Notes: a model not told the origin generated them from the sequence alone. DNA of 63,642 nt, filler included, from Basidiobolus ranarum (GCA_040143965.1; 43 parts of 43 records of this genome joined end to end with filler, not necessarily neighbours in it); one strand, 5' to 3'; shown: positions 50,443 to 63,640, numbered from the whole stretch's first letter. Made by a program: numbers and translations.

Positions 50443-51821
50443 ACTTTGTGCCCTGCAACAAGTCAATTGGTGCAAAACAAACAGCAGAATTGGCAACTCA
50501 AAACATTTTCCACCCCCATGGACTCCCTGAAACTATCATCTCTGTCCATGGACCTCAGTTTTCTTCCAAATTTTGAAAAAGGCTTCTCCATGCCTTGCAT
50601 ATCTCTGCCAGTCCCTCCACTGCCCTCCATTCACAATCTGATGGCCAAACAGAAATAGTCAACCAAGTTTTTGAACAATATTTGTAATGCACTATCAGCT
50701 ATAATCAGGATAATTGGACATAACTCTTGCCTCTTACTGAATTTGCTTACAACAACTCTTATCATACATCAACAAAACAAACTCCTTTCTTTGCAAATTA
50801 TGGATTCAATTCTTGCTTTACAATTCACCCATCATCTAATCTACCTTGCCCTGCTGCCTCAGACCATGCCACTTTCCTTAAAGACATTCATAAACAATTA
50901 ATATCTGAGTTGGAGCATGCTCAATGCCAATACAAGAACTTTGCTGATAAGAAAAGAAAGCCATGCCCAAATCTCAACCCAGGAGATTATGTTTGGCTAC
51001 TTCGGAAAAATATAAAAACCACTAGACCTTGTGATAAACTGGATTGAAAAAGACTAGGGCCTTTTAAGATTATTCAGCAAATCAATTCAGTAGCCTTCCA
51101 CCTTGAACTTACAGCCCATTTCAAAGTCCACAATGTATTCCATGTGTCTCTCTTAGAGCCACTGGCCAGAAATGCCTTACTGGGCCAATCCATGGACCCA
51201 CCCCCAGCAATCCAAGTGGAAAAACACCCTGAATATGAAGTTGGCAAAATTCTAGATTCCAGAATTTTTTTATGTAAATTGCAATATTCAGCAGACTAGA
51301 AGGGAAACTCAGCAAATGATCAATCATGTGAGCTAGCAACTAATCTTTCCAATTCTAAGAAACTTTGCCAGGAGTTTCATGAAGCCTACCCAGAAAAACC
51401 TGGCTCCATGATGTCTGGAAGCCATCACTAATAAAGGGATTGCTCTCATGAATCTGTTCTCAGCATACTGATCCACTGCAAATAGAACTCTTCTATTATT
51501 AGATTACAACATCATATCTGCTGCACCATCCCTTCTTGGCAATCTTGTGTTAGTTCATCCAGGTTACCTTATATGGAAGTCATATTCTTTGGAACATTCC
51601 ATGAAACCTAACCAATCATGTCATCCCACACATATTGTATTTCTGCCAAGACCTTCAACGGAAGGTCACCTGATCATCCTTACATCATCCTTACATGATC
51701 CCTCTTTGTATTTGTCCATGTAGTCCCCAAAACCCCAACACTTGAACATGCCACAGTATATTATGTTGCATCCTGCAATATCTATATAAGCTCCATGTAT
51801 TCCTTGATCAGACCTCAGTCT
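50443..51821 (+). mobile_element. Gypsy integrase, GPF/Y module, chromodomain and LTR
   Basis: EFAYNNS, RPCDKLD*KRLGPFKI, HNVFHVSLLEP, EYEVGKILDSR. The LTR matches 30676 onward. Confidence 0.9.
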
Positions 51822-51921
51822 NNNNNNNNNNNNNNNNNNNNNNNNNNNNNNNNNNNNNNNNNNNNTTAATTAATTAANNNNNNNNNNNNNNNNNNNNNNN
51901 NNNNNNNNNNNNNNNNNNNNN

Positions 51922-52549
51922 AATCTATTCAAGCAATGACACATCTACTTGTGGCAGGACATTTGTTGACTGCAAGTTGGGGATATATTTGCTGAATTCT
52001 TCTTGGAAATTTGCCAAAATCCAAGGGCTTATTCTCTTTGTGAATGGTAACATGAGTTGGGTATTTGTCAAGTGTCAGTGCTATTCAAAATTTCAGATGT
52101 TCAGCAATTTTTCCACCATTAGTTTGCTGGTAAGGCATATTGATATTGTTGAGTTGTGTCTGATCAGTCAAGTATGTGCATATGTACAAACTAAACACAA
52201 TGAGATTCTTGTATTTTTTGATTCTCTGTATGGCTGGAATACAAAGCCAAAGATATCAAAATAAAGACATGCATATTAATTCAAATTCCTACAGCAGTAA
52301 GCTCAGTAATATGCCATTTAAAAGTTAAATTTTTGCAAAAATTTCTGGAAATTAATAATACATGCCAAGTATGAGGATCAATTGTTTAACATGCATGAAT
52401 ACCATCAAAATGCCATCAAGAAACCACCATCACACCATCAAAGTCCCTGGCAGAATGCAAGGCACCAATATTATGACAGTTCTCTGATGGTTTTGTGCTT
52501 TAGAAGGGTGGATCTGATCTGGATCAAATTGAACTTATACTTGTTAGGG
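51922..52549 (+). mobile_element. CACTA/CMC 3' end, terminus TTGTTAGGG
   Basis: Abuts Copia protease sequence immediately after 52549. Confidence 0.8.
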
Positions 52550-52550
52550 A

Positions 52551-53300
52551 TTGGATGCTATTGGAATGGGAACAATTCATTTCAGTTTAACTGGAGCTTC
52601 TGAAGAGAAAGTATATACTTTTAAGTATGTAATACATGTTCCTGGTATTGCCAAGAATTTAAAATCTCTATGCAAGGCCATCTCAGAAGGGCTAAAATTC
52701 AATTTTGATAAATCAGGATGCACCATCACTGACCAAAATAGGAATTATTTAGCTTTGGGAGAAAACAATCAAAACTTGTAAAAACTTACATATAATCAAA
52801 GGGAGTTATGTGTAAATATAAGTTATTCCAATCAAGAAACTATTCAATTATGCCATAAGTGATTTAACCATATTGGATTTGATTATTTAAGCAAAATGAT
52901 CAAAAATTGCCTAATTACTGGAACTCAAATTAACCTCACAACAGAAATAAAAATTTGTGAGGGTTTTATATATGGAAAACAAGCCAGGTAGCTGTTAAAG
53001 AGCTCTGGTTTAATCAAATATGTCACAAAATTGGATCTAATTCATTCTGATTTGTGTGGACCTATGCAAAATTTATCTTTGGGCAGAAAAGATATTTAAG
53101 CACATTTATTGATTATTATAAAAGATACACTTGTGTTTACTTCATGGAAAGAAAACAAGAAGCTCCCACTATCTTTAGAGATTTTAAATCACTTGTGGAG
53201 ACTGAAACTGGAACTAAAATCAAGAAAATGTATACTGCTAATGGTGGAGAAAATACGTCCACCCTATTTAAGCACTTTTGCAAAGTTCTTGGAATTAAGC
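52551..53300 (+). mobile_element. Copia protease/integrase fragment
   Basis: Homologous to 17273-17741; IHSDLCGP, NGGE. Confidence 0.9.
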
Positions 53301-53400
53301 NNNNNNNNNNNNNNNNNNNNNNNNNNNNNNNNNNNNNNNNNNNNTTAATTAATTAANNNNNNNNNNNNNNNNNNNNNNNNNNNNNNNNNNNNNNNNNNNN

Positions 53401-54466
53401 CTTTCAGCTACCGTGATGTCCAGAGGTTCTATTTCCTTATAGTCATGCATTAAGTTTCTATTGTGACACATATGATCACTTCCATCATAATATAGAATCC
53501 ATACATCAGCAGAGTCATTTCCTAATTTAGATGTTGCCATAAGTACATAGAGTTCATTTCCTCTTTTAGTGGTGTTGTATGCTTCCTTTTTCTTTGAAAC
53601 CCATTTCTTCTTTGATCTGCGGTAATGTGCTATATGTCCCAGTCTACACATTTATAACATTTCATAGTGCTCCTTTCTGGTTTACTATTTTGAAAATAAA
53701 ATGTTTATATAGTTTTTGTTTTGTCTGCAAGCTGACTTTTGTCTTTCCTTTTAAATTTTCTATGTAGCATCATCAAGTGAGCAAGCCCTTTTTGCTCATG
53801 ATGTTCCACTAGGATTTCCCATACATTCTTGGCCAAGTCAGCATTTCTGACTAGCATAAATTGTTGTGATCCCAGTCTTAGACATATTTCCCTAAATGCC
53901 AATCTGGCTTTTTCTTTGAAGGAAGCCCTGCTTCTTTAGTTGTTGGCTTCTTTGTTTCAGTGTCAGAATCTGTACTTTCTTCTTCAGAAGTTTCTTCTTC
54001 TTCATCTGGTTGACCCACTTCCCAGACATGTTTCCCTTCAAGCACAAGTTGCATCTTGAATTTCCATTCATAGAAATCTTCCCCATTGAATGTTGGAATA
54101 TTACTGATCTCCTTTTGGGAAGAAGACTCTAATTCACTCACTGCCACCATGTTGGAGCATCTCAACATAATGGGGGTAGATTTTGAGTATTAGAAGCTAC
54201 TTGTGATAGCATGTCTTAGTTACTTTATTCTTAAGAGTATATGGTGACTTATATAGTACAAAAGTAAATCAACAGTTTGAGATATTCAAGAGTTTGTGTA
54301 ATAAGATATAAAAGATAAGTGGGGGTAATAAGACATACTTTCTATAGAGATACACAGATATTCCTATTTAGAGTATAGGGGCTATAGATACATTGCTTTC
54401 TGCTTCTGGTATATGTCTCATGACTAAAGCTAACTATGATGTTGAATAAAAATTGATTATCCAACA
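53401..54466 (-). mobile_element. Copia 5' LTR4 (54150-54466), PBS and gag
   Basis: TGTTGG...CCAACA then TGGTGGCAG. IPTFNGEDFYEWKFKMQLVL, CYKCVDxGHIAHY. Confidence 0.88.
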
Positions 54467-54516
54467 GGTTCCTTTTCATCTCCAGAGGCTACAAAGCTCC
54501 CTGTCTTCTAGCATAA

Positions 54517-54779
54517 CCCTAACAGAAATTTGAGGATTGTTATTGTAGGAAAACCGTCACAATTTTAATCCATTTGGGATTGACTGTTTACTTACCGTCA
54601 TAACATCGTCAAGTTAGATTTGATTTTAATCAATTTTTTCAGTTTCAGGAGTGAAATTTCAAGATCTTGCAAAATAGTTGCGAATGATTGGCTAAAATCT
54701 CAGAAAACTATGGATCAACACATGTGCGAAAAACGTAACTCAAATTTTACACAATTACCACTTGAACGCTAATTTGTCA
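54517..54779 (+). mobile_element. Putative CMC left terminus CCCTAACAGAAA
   Basis: Homology with 41820-42084 (reverse complement) begins exactly at CCCTA. Confidence 0.7.
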
Positions 54780-54879
54780 NNNNNNNNNNNNNNNNNNNNN
54801 NNNNNNNNNNNNNNNNNNNNNNNTTAATTAATTAANNNNNNNNNNNNNNNNNNNNNNNNNNNNNNNNNNNNNNNNNNNN

Positions 54880-56190
54880 GGCTGTGGCTTGTCACAAAAT
54901 GCTGCAGAAGCATATACAACCTCATAGGAAGTGGTCCACCAGTTTCCTGGCTCATTTCTCCTTCTGGATGATCTTCTGGGTCCTGAATCATCCTTTGCTG
55001 TAATTGGGACTGAAATATTGATTAAATTGGGCTCCAATACAGCTGTATTTTTGTCAGACACTTCTTGAATAGTGCTGATTGTTTTTTCCGGATCAAGAAC
55101 GGTCATTTGAGGTGAAAATTTGCTTTATCATCAAAAAAGATATCTCTGCACTTGATTAACTTCTGATTTTTGGTATCAAACAGTCTGTCAGCCTTAGATC
55201 CATCATTGTAACCAAGAAATATGCATTTTCTGCTTTTGCGTTCCAATTTTGAGCATTTTGGAGCTGGAATTAGGCAATATGCTGCATGACCAAAGATCCT
55301 GAGATGTTCCACACTTGTTTTTCATCCATAGAGGGCTTCAAATGGAGTAGAATTTTGTAGCAATCTTGTTGGGCATCTGTTTTTGATATATACTGCAGTG
55401 GAGATAGTTTCAGCCCAATATTGGTAATCTAACTTTTGATCATGTAACATTGATCTTGCCATCTTCACTATGGTTCTATTAGCATGTTCTGCAACTCCAT
55501 TTAGCTGTGCAGTAAAAGGTAGAGTAGTTTGTTGCTTAATTCCATGTTTAGAACAAAAACTAGTAAAGTCTTTAGAGCTGTATTCTCCACCATTATCACT
55601 CCTTAGTACCCTTATTGCTTGTGCTGATGCAATCTCTACCATTGCTTTGTAGTGCCTGAATGTAGCTAAGGCTTCAGATTTTGATTTGAAAAAGAGTACC
55701 CAAGTCTATCTTGTTTTGTCATCAATAACGGTCATAAAGTACCTTTTCCCACACAGTGAGATGTTTTTCAGGGCCCACATAGGTCAAAATTAGTCAGGGA
55801 AAATTTCTGAATGGATTTGATTCCTCTAGAGCTTGAAAATGGCTGTCTGTGTTGTTTTCCATATATACAACCTTCACACAGATCCAATTTAGTGATATTT
55901 CCAACTTCAAAGGCTGAAACAAGCTGATGTCAGATCATTTGGGTCAGTTTTTGTTCCCCAATATGGCATAGAAGATCATGCCATGTTTAACAACGTATTT
56001 CACCAGTTTTGGCCAAGTTTGCATCCTCAGAATGGAATATATTGATTTCTAGCTTGTATAAGTTTTGAGTTTTGATCCCAGTAGCTAATTTGGTATTATT
56101 CTGATCTGGATAGTGCATCTAGTCTTACTGAACATCATATTTAATCCTTGAGTTGTTGCTTGGCTTACTGAGAGTAGATTCTTGGCTAAT
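54880..56190 (-). mobile_element. Copia integrase
   Basis: LRSDNGGEY, QLNGVAEHANRTI, KCIFLGY. Confidence 0.95.
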
Positions 56191-56357
56191 ATTTGGCCAT
56201 CACAAATTTCCATTTTGGTTTGGTGGTTAATTAGAATTCCAGAAAACAGGCGATTTTNNNNNNNNNNNNNNNNNNNNNNNNNNNNNNNNNNNNNNNNNNN
56301 NTTAATTAATTAANNNNNNNNNNNNNNNNNNNNNNNNNNNNNNNNNNNNNNNNNNNN

Positions 56358-57735
56358 TATTTTGTTGGAAATACAGAAAACTAACACTGGTGTTGTGTTC
56401 AGAACATCTGTGGGAGTAAAATGAGCTATTTTTGGGGCAACTTTGATGAGTTTGAAATTTCCAATATGTAATTGCTAATTCTCACATCATTCACATATAT
56501 ATAATATATGTTCCAATTTTCAGCTAAGTGATATTTGACTAAGTAGTGTTAACTAACTTATATATGATATAGGAAATAGTTAGGTGTATAAAGATAGAGA
56601 TAACAAATATGATAAAGACAATAAACTTCAACACTCCCACTCAACTAAATATTCATATATATTAATCCTAACTTAAATCTCAATGCTGCAAATATTGGCT
56701 TGGGTAATGGATTTGCAAGGATGTCAGCAATCATGTCCTCAGTTGGACAGTACTGTAGTTGGACATGCTTATTTTCAATAGCTTCCCTAACAAAGTGATG
56801 TTGAATGTAAATGTGCTTACTTCTAGCATGAAATTTGGCATTTTTTGCTAGAAAAATACAACTTTGATTGTCCTTGAAAATTATGGTGGGTGAATATGTA
56901 TTAATGCCCAAGTCTTTGAGCAGTTTCCTTCACCACATAATCTCCTTTGTTGCATATGATGCTGCCATGTATTCTGCTTCAGTTGTTGAAAGTGCTACAG
57001 TGGGTTGTTTCTTGCTATTCCAAGATATGGCTGCTTCACTAGAGAGAAAGATAAATCCAATGATAGATCTTATGTCCTCAATATCACATCCCTAATTTGC
57101 ATCACTAAACCCAATTAGATCCTTATTCTCATAAAAATATGTGTAACTTAATCCCAGATCAATTGTCCCCTTCAAATATCTAAAAATCCGCTTAACTGCT
57201 GCATAATGCTCAGATCCTGGGTTTTGCACATGTTGGTTAACTACTCCCACTGCAAAAGCAATATCTGGCTGGGCTCCAGTCATAGCATAGATCAAACTAC
57301 CCACGATAGATTGAGAAGGGAACTCAGGGCTTTCAAATGACATATTTTGAGCCATATTTGGCCTATTTTCATCATTTTTGATTGGATTTTTGACTAGTTT
57401 CACACCTGGATCCATGGGAGTTGCTACTGGCATACAATTCTTCATCCTGTAGCATCTGGAAATGTCTGAGATGTATTTAGATTGATTCAGAGTGATAGAC
57501 CTGCTCAATATATCTGTATAGATCTGCAGACCTAAAAAATATGTAAGTTTACCTAAATCAGTCATCTTGAATTGGACTGATAGATCTCTTTTGGTGTTCC
57601 TGAGAGCTTCATCATTATTGGTAGCTATAATCAGATCATCTACATATAAGGCAAGTATCACCTTACTGTCCTTATCTGTCTTAAAGTAGATCCCAAAATC
57701 CGCCGTACTCTTTTGGAAATCAAGTGATTCCAAGT
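56358..57735 (-). mobile_element. Copia RT and RNase H, PPT and 3' LTR1 (56358-56633)
   Basis: LALYVDDLII, GFSDAN, ALSTTEAEY, RSKHI. PPT at 56634-56646. Confidence 0.95.
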
Positions 57736-57835
57736 NNNNNNNNNNNNNNNNNNNNNNNNNNNNNNNNNNNNNNNNNNNNTTAATTAATTAANNNNNNNNN
57801 NNNNNNNNNNNNNNNNNNNNNNNNNNNNNNNNNNN

Positions 57836-59212
57836 CACAGAGTAAGTACCTCTATAATCAGACTAATTTGCTTGTGTGATAATCTGATGGTATTTTTAGG
57901 AAAGCTGCAAGACAGAATTCTTGGTGAGATAGATCAAGATATGCAGCATTATTGTTTTAGCCATGGGGCAATATATTCCAGCAATGACACATCAATTTGT
58001 GGCACAACAGTTGTTGACTGCAAGTTGGGGATATATTGGCTGAATTTTTTAAGGAAATTTGCCAAAATCTCAGAGCTTGTTCCCATTGCAAATGGTAACA
58101 AGAGTCAGCTATTTGCCCAGTGTAAGTCCTATTCAAGATTTCAGATGTTTAGCAATTCTTCCACCATTAGTTTGCTGCTAAAGCATATTGATGTTGTTGA
58201 GTTATTTCTAATAGGTCAAGTATGTGCATATACAGAAACTAAACACAATATGATTCTTGTATTTTTTGATTCTCACTGTGGCTGGAATACAAAGCCTAAA
58301 ATATTTATATAAAGGCATGCACATTAATTCAAATTCCTACGGCAGTAAATCCAGTAATTTGCCATTCGACAATTATATTTTTACAAAAAGTGCCGGATAT
58401 TGAATAAATCATGTCAAATTTGAGGATCAATATTTTAACATGTATGAATACTGTCAAAGTACCATCAAAAAACCACTATCACACCATCAAAATACCTGGC
58501 AGAATGCAAGCCACCAATATTTTGACAGTTCTCTGATGGTTTTGTTATTTTGGAGGGTGGATTCAATCTGGATCAAATTGATTTTATTTTTGTTAGGGAC
58601 AGTTTTGATGAAATCACCCATATATAGATCATGCTTCCAATACCAAAGTACTCACCATAGAGCAGATGATATAACCAATATACTTGATGGATACACTACC
58701 AGAATATGAAAAGTCAAGGTTTCTTTTGGAACCGGTATGATCATGCATTTGAATTGGTTCTGGATGGTTACTTCCTAAACAAATATGCCATTGGAAAGGC
58801 TTGCTGGCCAATAATTTTAATTAACTTAAATCTTGCTCCTTCAGAACAGTATAAGAGTCATAATATTTTGATACTATCCATTACATCTGGACCTAAATCA
58901 TCAGTGCCTGTAGATAGCTTCTTGGAGCCTTTGATTGTGGAATTTGAATGTTATCTTATGGGTTTCAGATGGGTAAATATTTTACTAAAGCTAATATCAT
59001 TGTATGTATTGGAGACACTCCAGCCATTAGTAAACTTGGAAGTTTTTGTGGGCACAATGCACTATCTTGCTGTAAATTTTGTCAAATCCATGGAGGCTAC
59101 TCAATCAGGCACACACATGACTACTCTTCAAATACAACACTAAACGTCATGATTTTACCATTAAGAGCCTGGTCAGATTTCAATATGATCACTGATATCA
59201 ACTCACTAAATA
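57836..59212 (+). mobile_element. CACTA/CMC 3' exon and right end (58598), joined to another CMC transposase piece
   Basis: Intron at 57842-57899. Terminus TTTTGTTAGGG, then WPIILINLNLAP...GDTPAISKLG. Confidence 0.85.
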
Positions 59213-59420
59213 NNNNNNNNNNNNNNNNNNNNNNNNNNNNNNNNNNNNNNNNNNNNTTAATTAATTAANNNNNNNNNNNNNNNNNNNNNNNNNNNNNNNN
59301 NNNNNNNNNNNNTGCCAAAGCAGCAGGTGCGGCCGGGGCCCATGATAGGGGCGCCTCGAAGGAGGGTGCCCAGTTAGCCAAAGGGCCGGCAACTAAAGAA
59401 ACTCCCTCCTCGGCTGCCCC

Positions 59421-60182
59421 TGTTGGGTTACTACAAAAACTTTTGCCCAATTAGATTTAAGTGCACTATCAATGGTAGTAAAAGTGGGAGAATCTTTCAT
59501 ACCAAGCTTCCAGTAGGTGAGAATTATCTAGCTTCAGTGATTAATGATGTTAAAGTGGCCTAGGACAAAAGATTCAGAAACTCTACTTTCCTTCCATATC
59601 CTGGAGTATTTCCCAATAGAGTTTATACCAGAAGTATTCATGACACATTTTCTGTGAGAATTAACAAGCCCAAAAGCAACCAAAAGCTATTCTATTCTGG
59701 CAAGTACAAAGCTCACTGTGTAAATTTCCAGGCTTTGACAAATTTGGAAAGAGACATTATTTGGCTTAGTGGGTCACATCCACGGAAACACCCTAACAAA
59801 ATGCTCTGGGCTGCAAGGCATGAACCATTTGTAAGATATGAAAAGACTATGGCTGATTTCACATATATTAGGGCAAAATGCAGAAGGCTAGGATAAGTCA
59901 CATCTAACAAGATATGAGAAGAATATGGCTGATTTTGCATATGTTAGGGCAACATGCAGAAGGCTAGGATGTGTCTCAGCTAACAAGAGGCCCAGAGGAG
60001 GGATACTCACAGAGAGGCAAAAGCTTTTGAATGACCATTTTCCCCATTTTAGAGCAAGGGTAGAACATAGCTTTGGTTTCCTAAAGAGATATAGAATTGT
60101 AGCAGCAAAGTATAAAGGAAAATCTTGTTGTGGGCCTCAACCCAAGTTAGGCAAAGTGCTTAAAATCTTCATTAATTCTTAA
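59421..60182 (+). mobile_element. IS5/ISL2EU-Harbinger-type DDE transposase (DDE_Tnp_4-like), decayed
   Basis: DTFSVRINKP, FYSGKYKAHCVNFQ, ADFAY, RARVEHSFGFLKRY. Confidence 0.85.
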
Positions 60183-60209
60183 TACATTTATACTTATAGA
60201 TATACATTC

Positions 60210-60689
60210 TGATAAAAGTGTTTAGGGGATTTGGAAGTGTTTTGGACAAGAATTGGATTTGTGAATTAGACACTTAAGTTTTATTGAATTGAATATGTCC
60301 TATTTATAGTTTACTATGAAATAGGACTATTGGACATGCTTAGATCATAATAAACATGCCTGTTAAGCATGGGTGAAAATTTGAGGTGATTTGGAGAAGT
60401 TTTGAGAAAATAGTGAAAATTGATAAAAGTGATCTAATTGATATTTCTATCAATTAGAGTAATAAACACATGTTTTTGAATGACATAATTGAGTACTAAA
60501 TAATCAGAATATGAATAAACCAACTACTAAATAATGAGTTGCTATTTACCTAATTTCAACATTCCCACTCAACTAATTATTTTGTGTTTCTCTTAAACCT
60601 AACTTATATCGTAATATTTCAAATTGTGCCTTAGCTAAAGGTTTGGTTAAGATATCAGCTATCATCTCTTAAATAGGGCAATAGACAAG
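60210..60689 (-). mobile_element. Copia RNase H end, PPT and 3' LTR5 (60210-60561)
   Basis: MIADILTKPL. PPT AGTTGAGTGGGAA. The LTR matches 61623-61973. Confidence 0.85.
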
Positions 60690-60789
60690 NNNNNNNNNNN
60701 NNNNNNNNNNNNNNNNNNNNNNNNNNNNNNNNNTTAATTAATTAANNNNNNNNNNNNNNNNNNNNNNNNNNNNNNNNNNNNNNNNNNNN

Positions 60790-62130
60790 AAGAAGATGAA
60801 GATGAAGATGACAGTTTTCCTCTGGCTTCTATGTATTTAACAAGTATTAGTATACTTGCAACACTTGCAGTAAAGGAAGCAGCTTTGATTATCAAGCAGT
60901 GGAGAGTTCCATCCTATCTCAGATACCTGCTGTTCACTAGCTTTCTTACACTTTTACCACAGTTGATGGGCAACTGTTGCTTGCCACAGACCTGGTACAA
61001 GTAAAAAATAGTTGTCAAGTGTATGACTTAGTATGTTTCGATAATTAACCTACCTTCATGTCCCAATGTTTGTTTGGCTTTCATTGGTGACCTGAAGAAC
61101 CTGAAGTCATGATTGTTTGCACAATTGGCAATCACTGAATTATGTTAATATTTTTCATATTTGGCATACAGACCATTAATTCTCTATTGTAAAGTTTTTA
61201 TGAAATCACTCAAATATAGATCATTGATCCATTACCAAGGTACTCACTGTAAAGCTAATGATATTTCCAATATAGTTGATGGATATCACTTCCAGAATAT
61301 GAGAAGTCAAGGTTTCTTTGAGAATATGGATGAACATGCGTTTGCATTAGCTCTGAATGGTTTCTGACCAAACAAATATAATGGACTTGTTCTCTGTGAT
61401 AGTGCCAGATTGTGCTGTATATATCACATTGGATAAAGTATTATAAAATTTATGCGGCACAAATTGGCACTATCCATCACCCTCTGGTATGATCAGTTTC
61501 AATCACATTTACTTTAATATATTGATCCAAGGTCTGATAAATTCTGGCACAATGGAACAAGTCCAATGTTGGAAAGGCTTGCTGGCCAAGAACATTAATT
61601 AACTGAAATTTTCCTCCTTCTGTGTTGAAATTAGGTGAATAGCAACTCATGATTTAGTAGTTAGTTTATTCATATTCAGATTAATTGGCACTCAAATCTG
61701 TCCTTTAAAAATGTGTGTTTAATGCTCTGATTGGTATTTCTATCAATTAGATCACTTTTACCAATTTTCACTATTTTCTCAAAACTTCTCCAAATCACCT
61801 CAAATTTTCACCCATGCTTAACAGGCATGTTTGTATGGTCTAAGCACATCCAATAGTTCTATTTCATAGTAAAGTATAAATAGGACATATTCAATTCAAT
61901 AAAACTTTAGTGTCTAATTCACAAATCCATATCTTGTCCAAAACACTTCCAAATCCCCTGATCACTTTTATCATTCTGGATGGTACAAGAGTCATAATAT
62001 CTTGATACTATTTAACAGATTTGGGCCCAAATCACCAGTGCCTATAAATAGCCTCTTGGAGCCCATTGTTATCAATTGACCAAATAGTCAGTTTAATACC
62101 AGACTTGGGACTAGCTGTAAACCCAAGATT
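60790..62130 (+). mobile_element. Highly decayed CACTA/CMC transposase
   Basis: Homologous to the reverse complement of 19600-20340. Confidence 0.75.
61623..61973 (+). repeat. Solo LTR5 (351 bp) with a perfect TSD TTCTG
   Basis: TGTTG...TATCA flanked by TTCTG at 61618-61622 and 61974-61978. Confidence 0.92.
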
Positions 62131-63370
62131 ATATCCTAACAGATATTTGAGCATTGTTACTGTAGGNNNNNNNNNNNNNNNNNNNNNNNNNNNNNNNNNN
62201 NNNNNNNNNNTTAATTAATTAANNNNNNNNNNNNNNNNNNNNNNNNNNNNNNNNNNNNNNNNNNNNTTGATAAGGTGAAATTGCCCAGCCTTGTGTTCCT
62301 CGGATTTAGTGCGCATACAGGGGAGATATCAGGTAATACGAATCTGTATTTGATATGGTGTTACTCGACTAATCTTCGTTGATTTACAGACTCCCATGAG
62401 ATCGTCAGTATTACATCTCACTCCGTGAAAAAGGTAATGCATAGTATATATGATATAGATGGTCATGATTCGATACTTATCCCATGTTTGTGCTGTGGTG
62501 TGGATATATAGAAAATGGTAACTCAACCTATGTACTCTGCCAAACCTGTAAATCACCGTGAGGGTTCTGGTTGGCTATGGAAGCTTTTAGCGCTGGGTGG
62601 AGTGGGTGGAGTAATCTACTACATTTACAAGAACAACAATCAAAACAGTAAACAGTTTTAGAATTCATATGCGACGTAATCCACCAGTATCCGTATCCGT
62701 ATTCGCAGCTGTATCTGTATACACGCTTCAGTACCAATATCAATATCTCTAGTAATAAATCCATTTATATATAGTTATGGTGCCTTTCTAAATCGAGATG
62801 GACTAACTTAATCTGTGAATAATCTTTCCAATCCTATCATGGTTCTATAGTGAAAGTAGGGTTCTCTTTAGATTCTCATTAGATTGAGACTGCTCCCTAC
62901 GAATCAAACAGCTATTTAGTTTCACCTGTTTACCAATGGATTTGTTGATTTGATGGGATGTTGAAGCCACATAGGGGCTTGGGTAGGGATGTGCAATAAC
63001 AAGGTGTGGGTGTGACTGACTCCCAACCCTCTTGAGTCTACTCCTAATCTACTCACCATCAGATATCATTCATATCCGGATACCTGTCTGCTAGAAGCAG
63101 CGAAGGTTGGGGTTAGAGTTCAGATTCTCGGTTCCCTCTGTCAAATCAGCTTCACTGAATTTGGTGGGTGTGACTTGTGTCGCATGAAGTGATCACTATG
63201 GCTACTGCGAATGACAGTGGTGAGTTTTAATAAGAGAGATGATACATATATTACAAAGTAGGCTGGTGGTTAAAATTAGATGGATCAAGACAAGCGAAAG
63301 GGTGGTATAGAATTATGTTATGTAATATTGTCGATAGTGATCTATCTGTGTTCAACTTGTGTGTTCAATT

Positions 63371-63640
63371 TTACCCACGAATACGCGAAACTGGGGAGGA
63401 AGAATGATTCCCAAATGATGTTCCTGAATAGAGTCCTGCACAAGCTGGCTCTTCTTCTCCCGGGGAGCTGTTACGGGGTGGAATCGGCACCGGGTTAGTG
63501 AACGATGTAGTACTGGGGCTATTGATGAAGTAATCCGAGGTATAATTGTCATATCCATTCCAAGTGGTTGGCTGTTCATCCCATGGAATGACATCACTCC
63601 CATTGGAATGCTCATAAGAGTTGTGTGGGGGATGGGCGAA
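63371..63640 (-). CDS. Possible S/P/T/N-rich host exon, product unknown
   Basis: Frame open from the window end (FAHPPHNSYEHSNGSDVIPWDEQP...). CpG retained. No recognisable domain. Confidence 0.25.
   Translation of the reverse strand, partial: FAHPPHNSYEHSNGSDVIPWDEQPTTWNGYDNYTSDYFINSPSTTSFTNPVPIPPRNSSPGEEEPACAGLYSGTSFGNHSSSPVSRIRG

Noticed and set aside
54517-54522. CCCTAA/TTAGGG as telomeric sequence
   Set aside because: These are single units at transposon termini, with no tandem array.
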